Source of the DNA: Burkholderiales bacterium
Lineage (GTDB): Bacteria; Pseudomonadota; Gammaproteobacteria; Burkholderiales; Casimicrobiaceae
Direction of reading: 5' to 3'
Length of the DNA stretch: 25,335 nucleotides
Assembly: GCA_031275075.1 (NCBI GenBank)
Contig: JAISPI010000014.1
Span: 1 to 25,335 of the forward strand
Position 1 is the stretch's first letter. The number at the start of each line of letters is the position of its first letter. A program made the position numbers and the translations under genes. The notes under the pieces are model-generated. The model was not told where the DNA came from. It did no database searches and was given only the letters and a program-made list of their open reading frames with translations. Positions 1 through 8,112 of this stretch are shown here, piece by piece.

Positions 1-941
1 GCGCGCAACGCCGCGTACAGATGATGCATCAACGAAATATTGGCGCTGTCGTACAGACTGCCACCCTCCGGAATCAAACCCGCTTCGGCAAGCAACACTT
101 CGGCGTGTTCATGTCCCTCTTCCGACAACGATACCTGACGGCCTTTTTCATCGACCCAATAGTCGCCGGAACCTTTTTCCTCCTGCTGGCGCGTCATCTT
201 CGGCGCAACCGCATCAAGCCGATAATACATATCAATGTTGTCGTCGGCTTGTCCGGAGATGATCAGCGGCGTACGCGCTTCGTCGATCAGGATCGAGTCA
301 ACTTCGTCAACAACCGCAAATTTCAGTTTGCGCTGAACCCGGCTGTTGGTGCTCATTTCCATGTTGTCACGCAAATAATCGAAACCGTATTCGTTGTTGG
401 TTCCATAGGTAACATCGGCAGCGTACGCTGTTTGTTTCTGGTCATGCGGCATTTGCGACCGGTTGACACCGACCGTCATTCCGAGGAATTTGTAGATCCG
501 CCCCATCCAATCGGCGTCGCGTTGCGCCAGATAATCGTTGACGGTAACCACATGCACGCCGCCACCGGCCAAAGCATTGAGATAGACCGGCAACGTAGCC
601 ACCAGCGTTTTGCCTTCACCGGTACGCATTTCGGCAATCTTGCCATGATGTAGCGCCATACCGCCGATCAACTGCACATCGAAATGCCGCATGTTGAGCA
701 CCCGTTTGGATGCTTCACGCACCACCGCAAACGCTTCCGGCAACAAGGCTTCAAGGCTTTCGCCATTCGCCACCCGTTCCTTGAAGACAGCGGTTTTGTC
801 ACGCAATTCATCGTCGGACAGTGCTGCCATCGCCGGTTCCAGCGCGTTGATTTTCCGCACCACACCCTGATATTGTTTTAACAGCCGATCATTGCGGCTA
901 CCGAAAATTTTGGCGAGAAAGATAAGAAGATTACCGACCAT
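1..941 (-). CDS. secA: Preprotein translocase ATPase SecA, N-terminal ~313 codons (runs off the left edge)
   Basis: Manual minus-strand translation from ATG at 941: [24 protein letters not shown]...[11 protein letters not shown]...[17 protein letters not shown] (Walker A)...[18 protein letters not shown]...[19 protein letters not shown]...[11 protein letters not shown]. It is absent from the ORF track because it has no stop in the window. Confidence 0.98.
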   Translation of the reverse strand, partial: MVGNLLIFLAKIFGSRNDRLLKQYQGVVRKINALEPAMAALSDDELRDKTAVFKERVANGESLEALLPEAFAVVREASKRVLNMRHFDVQLIGGMALHHGKIAEMRTGEGKTLVATLPVYLNALAGGGVHVVTVNDYLAQRDADWMGRIYKFLGMTVGVNRSQMPHDQKQTAYAADVTYGTNNEYGFDYLRDNMEMSTNSRVQRKLKFAVVDEVDSILIDEARTPLIISGQADDNIDMYYRLDAVAPKMTRQQEEKGSGDYWVDEKGRQVSLSEEGHEHAEVLLAEAGLIPEGGSLYDSANISLMHHLYAALR

Positions 942-973
942 GTTGAAAACTTTTGAAAAAATCCTGCTACCTG

Positions 974-1005
974 AAAAAGTGAAGGGGTGAGATTGGCTCA
1001 CCCCT
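974..1005 (-). terminator. Hairpin between M23 peptidase and secA, possible intrinsic terminator or attenuator
   Basis: 9-bp perfect stem AGGGGTGAG (983-991) / CTCACCCCT (997-1005) with a 5-nt loop. On the minus-strand RNA a U5 run (974-978) follows 4 nt after the stem. Confidence 0.5.
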
Positions 1006-1032
1006 CATCCATGCTTTACGCCATGCAGCCGC

Positions 1033-1965
1033 TTATGAAACCGGAAACTCGCCCACCGTCTTCAAAAAGCGCGACGGATTCTGCGCCACACCATTCAAAC
1101 GAACCTCAAAGTGCAAATGCGACCCTGTCGACCGCCCTGTCGAACCGACAGTGGCGATTGCTTGTCCGCGCACCACAAGATCGCCTTTATTCACCAGCAG
1201 TTCCGAATTGTGGCCATAGCGCGTGACCAAACCGTTGCCGTGGTCAATCTCGATGAGTTTACCATACTGCGGGTGTGTATCTGCCTGAATCACCTTGCCC
1301 GCAGCAGATGCCACGACCGGTGTTCCCGGTAATGCCGAAAAATCGACGCCCTCGTGAAAAGCTTTCATTCCGGTGAACGGATCGATCCGGTAGCCGTAAT
1401 CCGACGAGCGCCAGCCCGTGTCCACTGGAGGTAACGATGGAAGAAAACGGCGGCTGGCCGAATCCTCGACCAACAGCCCTTCGAGTACATTCAGCCGATC
1501 ACTTTGCACCGTGATTTTCTGCGTCAAACCGTCGATTAGCGTTCCCAGCTCCGTAGCGCTGAACGGCCGCGTCGGCAACAGCGATTCGGCGCCACCCTGA
1601 CCGACTCCAGTCGCCGGTATTTCGTTAGGTGTCAGTCCGGTCGTTTTCGCCAACCGCATACTCAGCGCATCGAGCCGCTCTGTCTGCGCCTGTAATTCGC
1701 CCAAGCGCACCGCCATCGCGCTTAAATGCCCCTGCAACTTTTCCTGCGCCCGCGACGCCTCGGCTCGTTGATCCGCCAAAACGATTTTTTGGAGCCAGGG
1801 ATGTTCCGCCGCTGCCGCCCATTTCAGTACGACATAATTGAAAGCCGTCATGCACAGTAAAAACAACGTCAACGCCACGACCCCCGCCAGCGCTGCATGT
1901 CTCCAGTTCAAGGCGACCGCACGTACCGGCTTTGATACATCGGCGCTAACAACAAGAATGTTCAA
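1033..1965 (-). CDS. M23-family metallopeptidase (peptidoglycan endopeptidase-like) with N-terminal membrane anchor and coiled coil
   Basis: Zinc motifs HEGVDF (HxxxD) and HLHFEV (HxH), plus YGKLIEIDHGNGLVTRYGH. Hydrophobic N-terminal segment. TTG start with AAGGA upstream. Its position between dciA and secA is the usual beta/gammaproteobacterial arrangement. Confidence 0.93.
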   Translation of the reverse strand: MNILVVSADVSKPVRAVALNWRHAALAGVVALTLFLLCMTAFNYVVLKWAAAAEHPWLQKIVLADQRAEASRAQEKLQGHLSAMAVRLGELQAQTERLDALSMRLAKTTGLTPNEIPATGVGQGGAESLLPTRPFSATELGTLIDGLTQKITVQSDRLNVLEGLLVEDSASRRFLPSLPPVDTGWRSSDYGYRIDPFTGMKAFHEGVDFSALPGTPVVASAAGKVIQADTHPQYGKLIEIDHGNGLVTRYGHNSELLVNKGDLVVRGQAIATVGSTGRSTGSHLHFEVRLNGVAQNPSRFLKTVGEFPVS

Positions 1966-2022
1966 TGGAGTATCCTTCCGTTTCTTACCATTTCAACAGA
2001 ACCGAAGCCAAACACGCTACGT

Positions 2023-2457
2023 ATGTCTTCCTCCAAATCCTTCAACCCGCTGGCTCGTGCGATCGAAACCGAACCACACCTTGCCGCCTGGCTACGGCGC
2101 CACCGGCTGGAAACCGCGCTCACCAACGCCGTCCGCGCCCACCTGCCGCGACTGGTCGCCAGCCAAGTCCGTGTCACCGATTTGAGAGACGGACAACTGG
2201 AGCTGACCGTCCCCTCTGGCGCACTGGCCACTGCCGTTCGCCAACGCATCCCCGAACTGTCGGCGGCGCTGGTGTCGCAATTTCACGAATTTAATAGAAT
2301 TCGGGTTCGTGTGCAACCTCTAACAGCCTCTATGGTCACCTCGGCAGTCCCCGCCCGCCGTCCGCCGCCCGCGTTAGCGCCGTTGCAAGCGTTGGCCAAG
2401 AGGCTGCCCGATGGCCCGCTGAAAGACGCAGTTTCCCGTTTGATAAGAAAAAAATGA
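2023..2457 (+). CDS. dciA: DciA / DUF721-family protein (replicative helicase loader)
   Basis: 144 aa with the DUF721-like core GQLELTVPSGALATAVRQRIPELSAAL...IRVRVQP and a basic/Pro-rich tail. It is oriented opposite to the cluster between lpxC and the M23 gene, where DUF721 genes usually sit. Confidence 0.8.
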   Translation: MSSSKSFNPLARAIETEPHLAAWLRRHRLETALTNAVRAHLPRLVASQVRVTDLRDGQLELTVPSGALATAVRQRIPELSAALVSQFHEFNRIRVRVQPLTASMVTSAVPARRPPPALAPLQALAKRLPDGPLKDAVSRLIRKK

Positions 2458-2579
2458 ATCTTGATATGAGGAAATGAGCGATATTGCTGGAAATTAGACG
2501 CTTTTTGGATCAAATAACCGCATTTTCACGTAAACGTAATCGCGCATCAGAGATCAGGGATCGGGGGTCAAGAACACCA

Positions 2580-2693
2580 CCATCCATGCGCAGGCCGGAA
2601 TTCAGCCCTTGCACTCCCTCATTTCCACATTTTTTTCCGTCATTCCCGCGAAAGCGGGAATCCAGCGCCATCGTCATTCCGCGCGTGTCATTC
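2580..2693. repeat. CGTC-type REP / dRS3-like palindromic repeat mosaic
   Basis: Intact CGTCATTCCCGCGAAAGCGGGAATCCAG at 2638-2665, whose core ATTCCC-N8-GGGAAT (2642-2661) is the dRS3 pattern. A degenerate copy lies at 2580-2605 (18/26 identical to 2640-2665). Further GTCATTC heads occur at 2673 and 2687. Confidence 0.8.
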
Positions 2694-2724
2694 TCTGACA
2701 CCTGATTCCTGTTAAGCGCCCGTC

Positions 2725-2910
2725 TCAGCCCACCAAGATAAGACGCTCGAACGCATAGAACAGCAGCAGCCCGATGATAAACACCCCCGCATACATCAGC
2801 GTTTGAATGATAAAGCGCAAATAACGGCGATCTTTGGTGAGCAGAAAGGCAGCGAACGCTACCAAGATAACTGCCAACCCAAGAAACAGCAGTAAACGCA
2901 CCAAAATCAT
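2725..2910 (-). CDS. Small two-helix membrane protein, 61 aa, function unknown
   Basis: MILVRLLLFLGLAVILVAFAAFLLTKDRRYLRFIIQTLMYAGVFIIGLLLFYAFERLILVG: two hydrophobic stretches separated by basic KDRRYLR. Purine-rich AAGGGGCGGGAA precedes the ATG at 2910, which lies 32 bp after the lpxC stop on the same strand. Confidence 0.75.
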   Translation of the reverse strand: MILVRLLLFLGLAVILVAFAAFLLTKDRRYLRFIIQTLMYAGVFIIGLLLFYAFERLILVG

Positions 2911-2942
2911 TTCCCGCCCCTTGAACTTGTCCGCCGTCCGGA

Positions 2943-3857
2943 TCAGGCGTGCCGCAAGCGCCAACGCTGAAAAGCCGGCGGCACTTCTTCCTCGGCGCTG
3001 AAACTGACAATTTCACGCGCGTCTTCACGCTCGATCAACGCCCGCGCCAATGCATTGTTCAGCGCGTGTCCGGACTTGTAAGCCGTATATTGGCCGATGA
3101 CCGGATGACCCAGCAGGTACAAGTCGCCGATAGCGTCCAGCACTTTGTGCTTGGCCGGTTCGTTGTCGTAACGCAAACCGCCGCTGTTTAGTACGCTGAC
3201 CTCATCGAGCACGACCGCGTTATGCAGGCTGCCGCCCAGCGCCAGTCCCATTGACCGCATCGTTTCCACATCTTGCATGAAGCCGAAGGTTCGCGCCCGG
3301 GCAATGTCCTTGATGTAAGCATCCTCACCAAAATCGAGCACCACCCGCCGATTTTCCTGACCAAAGGCAGGATGAACGAAGTCGATTGTGAAATCGAGCC
3401 GAAATCCATTGTGCGGCGTTAAACGCGCCCACTTGTCGCCGTCAGACACTTCCACCGGCGCCGTCACTTTATAAAACTTCTTCGGCGCTTTCTGTTCTTC
3501 AATACCCACCGATTGCAGCAAGAAGATGAAGGGCCCGGCACTGCCGTCCATGATTGGAATCTCCGGCCCCGCCACATCGACGTGCAGGTTGTCGATACCC
3601 AGTCCGGCCAACGCCGACATCAGGTGTTCGACCGTTGATACGCTGGCATCACCCCCGCGCAGCAGTGTGGACAAACGGGTATCGCCGACCTGATGCGCCA
3701 ATGCCGGCAACGGCGCGCTCCCCGGCAAATCGGTGCGATGAAAGACAATGCCGGTATCGACTGACGCCGGCCGCAACGTCAAAGCGACGCGAGCGCCGGT
3801 ATGCAACCCGGCGCCTTTGGTCATCACAGCCGTTTTCAATGTGCGTTGCAAATACAT
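2943..3857 (-). CDS. lpxC: UDP-3-O-acyl-N-acetylglucosamine deacetylase
   Basis: [54 protein letters not shown] (HKxLD zinc motif), KSGHALN. Start moved to MYLQRT at 3857. Confidence 0.98.
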   Translation of the reverse strand: MYLQRTLKTAVMTKGAGLHTGARVALTLRPASVDTGIVFHRTDLPGSAPLPALAHQVGDTRLSTLLRGGDASVSTVEHLMSALAGLGIDNLHVDVAGPEIPIMDGSAGPFIFLLQSVGIEEQKAPKKFYKVTAPVEVSDGDKWARLTPHNGFRLDFTIDFVHPAFGQENRRVVLDFGEDAYIKDIARARTFGFMQDVETMRSMGLALGGSLHNAVVLDEVSVLNSGGLRYDNEPAKHKVLDAIGDLYLLGHPVIGQYTAYKSGHALNNALARALIEREDAREIVSFSAEEEVPPAFQRWRLRHA

Positions 3858-3863
3858 GCTGCT

Positions 3864-3893
3864 ATTTTGTCCGTATTGGCCTGCTCGCGTCAA
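3864..3893 (-). promoter_or_regulatory. Candidate internal sigma70 promoter for lpxC
   Basis: TTGACG (3888-3893, overlapping the ftsZ stop) - 18 nt - CAAAAT (3864-3869), ending 6 nt before the lpxC ATG. Confidence 0.35.
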
Positions 3894-5053
3894 TCCGCCT
3901 GTTTGCGCAAAAACGCCGGAATGTCCGAAGTGTCGAACGAGGCAGCGCCCGCGCTTCCCGGCGTGACGACCCGGCGACGTGCCACTGTCGGCTGATCGTA
4001 ATCAATCGTATCCGTCGCCGGACCGCCGTCGGTACCCGTCCGCTCAAGCACCGTTCCGACCACTTCGAGTTTCGGCGCGCTCTGTTTGGCGGCGCTGTTC
4101 AGACCGGTAGCAACGATCGTCACCCGCAAATCGTCGCCGATCGCATCGTCAATCACCGTGCCAACGATCACCATCGCATCGTCGGCCGTGAACTCCTTAA
4201 TGGCATTCATCACCTCGTGGTACTCGCGCATTTTGAGTCCGGCCGATGCCGTGATGTTGACCAGCACACCGCGCGCGCCCCTCAGATCCACATCTTCGAG
4301 CAGCGGGCTTTTCACCGCTGCCTCCGCCGCGTCGCGGGCACGATCATCACCGCAAGCGGTGGCTGAACCCATCATTGCCATCCCGACCTCACCCATCACG
4401 GTGCGCACGTCGGCGAAGTCGACATTGACCAGCCCAGGATTGTTGATCACCTCGGCGATACCGGACACTGCGCCGTGCAGCACGTCGTTGGCAGCCGCGT
4501 AAGCGTCGAGCACCGAAACGTCCTCACCCAATACCTGCATCAACTTGCCGTTGGGGACGATAATCAGCGAATCGACTTTCTGCGCCAACTCCTCGATACC
4601 GCTTTGCGCCACTTTCAGCCGTTTTCCTTCGAACGCAAACGGCCGTGTGACAACTGCCACCGTCAGGATATCCATACTTTTCGCAATGTCGGCGATCACC
4701 GGAGCAGCGCCGGTACCGGTACCGCCGCCCATGCCCGCAGTGATGAACAACATGTCGGCGCCGCGAATCAACTCAACCAGGCGGTCACGATCCGACAGCG
4801 CCGCGTTACGCCCGATTTCGGGACGCGCTCCGGCGCCCAGACCGCGGGTCTGGGTCGATCCCAGTTGCACCTGAATCTGTGCGCTGGAGCGTTTCAACGC
4901 CTGCGCGTCGGTATTCGCGCAAATGAATTCCACGCCGGAAAGCCCGCGCCTCATCATGTGCTCAAGCGCATTGCCGCCGCAACCGCCAACGCCGATGACC
5001 TTGATCACGGCACCGTCCACAGCCTGCTCAATCAATTCAAAACTTGCGTTCAT
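3890..5053 (-). CDS. ftsZ: Cell division GTPase FtsZ
   Basis: [21 protein letters not shown], tubulin signature [19 protein letters not shown]-terminal [16 protein letters not shown] lies 6 nt before the ATG at 5053. An in-frame upstream ATG at 5125 also has an RBS (see findings). Confidence 0.99.
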   Translation of the reverse strand: MNASFELIEQAVDGAVIKVIGVGGCGGNALEHMMRRGLSGVEFICANTDAQALKRSSAQIQVQLGSTQTRGLGAGARPEIGRNAALSDRDRLVELIRGADMLFITAGMGGGTGTGAAPVIADIAKSMDILTVAVVTRPFAFEGKRLKVAQSGIEELAQKVDSLIIVPNGKLMQVLGEDVSVLDAYAAANDVLHGAVSGIAEVINNPGLVNVDFADVRTVMGEVGMAMMGSATACGDDRARDAAEAAVKSPLLEDVDLRGARGVLVNITASAGLKMREYHEVMNAIKEFTADDAMVIVGTVIDDAIGDDLRVTIVATGLNSAAKQSAPKLEVVGTVLERTGTDGGPATDTIDYDQPTVARRRVVTPGSAGAASFDTSDIPAFLRKQAD

Positions 5054-5156
5054 GTAATTCTCCTGTCTGGATCTGTTTTCGATTTTTTGACTGCTTTGGA
5101 ACTGCTGATTGAATAAATCGTTCATTTTCGATTCTCCACAGTGCGCATTGTAATAC

Positions 5157-6389
5157 CTAAAAGTTCGCTTTGAACCATTGTTTCACTCTTTGTAAGCTTC
5201 CAAGCAGACCCGGTGTCTGAATTCGCGCAGCTTGGGTGCGCAACCAATGTTCGCGCCCCGCGAAAAGCAGACCGGTTGCCGCCGCATAACGCGGGTTCCG
5301 AATGATTTCGGACAGCGGCCCTTCGTACATCGGCACGCCAATGCGTACCGGCAAATGAAAAACCTCCTCGCCCAATTCGACCATTCCCGCCAGTTGCGCA
5401 GTACCGCCGGTCAGCACGAGACCTGACGAAATCAGCTCCTCATAGCCGGAACGGCGCAGTTCCATCTGTACCAGCGAGTACAATTCCTCGATCCGCGGCT
5501 CAATCACTTCGGCCAGTGTGTGCCGCGACAGCTTGCGTGGTTCGCGGCCGGACACGCCCGGCACTTCGACAAAATCGTTCTGATTCGCAAGCTGACGCAG
5601 TGCGCAGCCGTGCAGAATCTTCAAGTCCTCGGCTTCTTTGGTCGGCGTGCGCAAAGTCATCGCAATATCGTTGGTCACCTGGTCGCCGGCAATTGGAATC
5701 ACCGCTGTGTGCCGGATAGCGCCGCCGGTGAAGACGGCAATATCGGTCGTGCCGCCGCCGACATCGACCAGACACACGCCCAATTCCTTTTCGTCATCGT
5801 TCAGCACCGCCGTGGCCGCTGCCAAAGGCTGCAAAAACACATCGCGCACTTCCAGTCCACAACGGCGCACGCATTTGACAACATTTTCGACCGCCGACAC
5901 CGCGCCGGTCACCACATGAACCTTGACTTCCAGCCGTATGCCGCTCATCCCCAGCGGGACATGTACATCGTCCTGATCATCGACCCGAAACTCCTGCGGC
6001 AAAATGTGCAGGATTTGCTGATCGTTCGGGATCGGAATCGCCTTCGCTGTTTCCAGTGCCCGGTCGATGTCTGCCTGCGACACTTCTTTCTCCTTGATCG
6101 CCACCGTCCCGCCTGAATTGAGGCTTCGGATATGGCTGCCAGCAACCCCGGTGTACACCTCCGAAATATGGCAATTCGCCATCAATTCGGCTTCTTCCAG
6201 CGCCCGCTGGATAGAGGTCATCGTCGCCTCAATGTTCACCACCGCGCCTTTTTTCAAACCGCGCGACGGCTGCATTCCGAAACCGATCACCCGCAGTTCC
6301 TGTGCCGGAAACATTTCTGCCACGATCGCCATCGTTTTCGACGTGCCGATGTCGAGCCCGACAATCAAATTCTGATGCTCTTTTGCCAT
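5157..6389 (-). CDS. ftsA: Cell division protein FtsA
   Basis: VGLDIGTSK, LVDVGGGTTDIAVF, IPIAGDQVTNDIA, VLTGGTAQL, C-terminal amphipathic VKQWFKANF. Start set at MAKEHQNLIVG. Confidence 0.99.
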   Translation of the reverse strand: MAKEHQNLIVGLDIGTSKTMAIVAEMFPAQELRVIGFGMQPSRGLKKGAVVNIEATMTSIQRALEEAELMANCHISEVYTGVAGSHIRSLNSGGTVAIKEKEVSQADIDRALETAKAIPIPNDQQILHILPQEFRVDDQDDVHVPLGMSGIRLEVKVHVVTGAVSAVENVVKCVRRCGLEVRDVFLQPLAAATAVLNDDEKELGVCLVDVGGGTTDIAVFTGGAIRHTAVIPIAGDQVTNDIAMTLRTPTKEAEDLKILHGCALRQLANQNDFVEVPGVSGREPRKLSRHTLAEVIEPRIEELYSLVQMELRRSGYEELISSGLVLTGGTAQLAGMVELGEEVFHLPVRIGVPMYEGPLSEIIRNPRYAAATGLLFAGREHWLRTQAARIQTPGLLGSLQRVKQWFKANF

Positions 6390-6402
6390 GGTCTTCCCGT
6401 TT

Positions 6403-7179
6403 CTATTGCCCTTCGCCGTTCCTGTTACCGACCGGCTGCGCCCCGTTTTCACGACTGCCCACAGACATTACCGCCGTCCTGATGGCCAGCCCGTTTTGAT
6501 ACCGCAGATCAATGTAGTCAGACTGACGACCGACACGCGCCAATACATCTGCCGTTTTCCGATACACCGATACAAACCGCTCAAGCCGCGCATCGACAAT
6601 GTCGCGCCCCAACTCGATCACTTTCACACTGCCGTGCTTGTCCACCGCCTCGATTTGCCAGCTACCGCGCGGCGAGTTCCGCACTGCGTACAAGTCGAGT
6701 CCCAGCGGCGCCAGTTTTGCCGCCCAGCTTTCGAAGCGTCCGGTCACCGTGATCGCATCTTCCTCACGTCCGGTCAGCTCCGGCAAGTCTCCGTCGTACG
6801 GTGCCACAAACACAACGCCATCGCGTGTCACTAACGCTTTTTCGTTCCAGTTCGCAAACGGTTCAAATTCTTCAATCGACACTTCCAACCGATCCGGCCA
6901 CTCCCGATGCAGTCCGACATTACGCACCCACGGCACCTGCCGTAACGCCCGTTGCGCGCCATCCAAATCCATGGTGAAAAACGTTCCTTTCAACTCACGA
7001 CGGATCACCGCCGCGACATGCGCCGGATCGGCGCGATGCAAATCGCTCACCACCACCTGCCGAAATGCGAACGATGGCTGCCGTACGAACCAATGACCAG
7101 CCGCCCACAACAGCGCGCCGACTGACAGGATCATCAGCGTCAACGATACCGCGTTCATCGTTCTGGAGTCATGCCACAT
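6403..7179 (-). CDS. ftsQ: Cell division protein FtsQ/DivIB
   Basis: Single N-terminal TM helix, POTRA-like FFTMDL...VPWVRNVGLHREWPDRLEVSIEE, C-terminal YIDLRYQNGLAI. Located between ddl and ftsA. Confidence 0.95.
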   Translation of the reverse strand: MWHDSRTMNAVSLTLMILSVGALLWAAGHWFVRQPSFAFRQVVVSDLHRADPAHVAAVIRRELKGTFFTMDLDGAQRALRQVPWVRNVGLHREWPDRLEVSIEEFEPFANWNEKALVTRDGVVFVAPYDGDLPELTGREEDAITVTGRFESWAAKLAPLGLDLYAVRNSPRGSWQIEAVDKHGSVKVIELGRDIVDARLERFVSVYRKTADVLARVGRQSDYIDLRYQNGLAIRTAVMSVGSRENGAQPVGNRNGEGQ

Positions 7180-8107
7180 ATTTCGAAAGGGTTCCTTTTA
7201 AAATCGCCAGACACAACGTTTCCATCGACATCCCTGCCGCCCGCGCCGCCATCGGCACCAGGCTGTGCGCCGTCATTCCCGGCACCGTATTCGCTTCCAG
7301 AAAAAACCACTGCCCGTCGTCGCGCAGCATCACGTCCAACCGGCCCCACCCGCAACAACCCAAAACCTGAAACGCGGCCAGCGCCTGTGTCCGTATCCGT
7401 TCTTCCAACGCCTCGGGGAGTCCGGATGGACAGAAATACTGCGTGTCGTCCGAAAAATATTTGTGTTCGTAATCGTAATTACCGTCCGGCGCAGCGATAC
7501 GCACTAACGGCAATGTGCAACCATCGACAACCGCCGCCGTCAATTCCACGCCTTGGATGAACGCCTCGGCGATCACCAAAGGATCGTGACGCGCTGCTTC
7601 GGTATACGCTTCGGCCAGACGCCGTGAATCGGCGTGGTCGATCCTGACGATGCCGATGCTCGAACCTTCATGCGCCGGTTTCAGTATCAACGGCAAACCC
7701 AACGTGTCGACGAGTTGCGTCCAGTCGGTACGCGCATCAACGACTTGATACGGCGGCGTCGGAATCCCGGCTGTCAACCACACCATCTTGGTGCGCCACT
7801 TGTCCATTGCCAGCGCCGACGCCGCAACGCCACTGCCGGTGTACGGAATGCCCAGCGTTTCCAGCACCGCTTGCACTGTCCCGTCCTCGCCGCCACGACC
7901 ATGCAGCATGTTGAACACCCGCGTAAATCCTTCGTCTTTTAACGTCCACAACGGTTTTTCGGCCGGATCGAACGCACGAGCGTCAATTCCTTGCGCCTGT
8001 AACGCCGACAGCACATTGCGGCCCGACATCAGCGATACCTCGCGCTCTGCCGAATGGCCGCCCAGCAGCACCGCCACTTTGCCGAAATCCGTCGTCTCTT
8101 TTTCCAT
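7169..8107 (-). CDS. ddl: D-alanine--D-alanine ligase
   Basis: KVAVLLGGHSAEREVSLMSG, LHGRGGEDG, GIPYTGSG, LKPAHEGSSIG, YDYEHKY, GWGRLD, LEANTVPGMT. Start set at MEKETTDFGK (8107). Confidence 0.98.
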   Translation of the reverse strand: MEKETTDFGKVAVLLGGHSAEREVSLMSGRNVLSALQAQGIDARAFDPAEKPLWTLKDEGFTRVFNMLHGRGGEDGTVQAVLETLGIPYTGSGVAASALAMDKWRTKMVWLTAGIPTPPYQVVDARTDWTQLVDTLGLPLILKPAHEGSSIGIVRIDHADSRRLAEAYTEAARHDPLVIAEAFIQGVELTAAVVDGCTLPLVRIAAPDGNYDYEHKYFSDDTQYFCPSGLPEALEERIRTQALAAFQVLGCCGWGRLDVMLRDDGQWFFLEANTVPGMTAHSLVPMAARAAGMSMETLCLAILKGTLSKYVA

Positions 8108-8112
8108 ACCGC

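Noticed and set aside
21-881. Plus-strand ORFs 21..653 and 684..881
   Set aside because: They are antisense shadows of secA with no RBS or recognisable motifs.
1033-1100. M23 C-terminus as a SecM-like ribosome arrest peptide
   Set aside because: It ends NPSRFLKTVGEFPVS, with no RAGP/RAPP-type arrest motif.
2448-2457. A7 run at the end of dciA as a slippery or phase-variable site
   Set aside because: It lies immediately before the stop; a -1 shift would add only about three residues.
2580-2693. Repeat cluster as a CRISPR array
   Set aside because: Only one intact unit, with degenerate irregular partners and no cas genes.
2484-3028. ORFs 2484..2705 (+) and 2510..3028 (-) across the repeat region
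   Set aside because: They overlap lpxC, the 61-aa gene or the REP mosaic. LDSRFRGNDG is simply the translation of the palindromic repeat.
7169-8107. Ddl as a D-Ala-D-Lac (vancomycin-type) ligase
   Set aside because: The omega loop YDYEHKY keeps the Tyr typical of D-Ala-D-Ala ligases, and the gene is in the normal dcw position.
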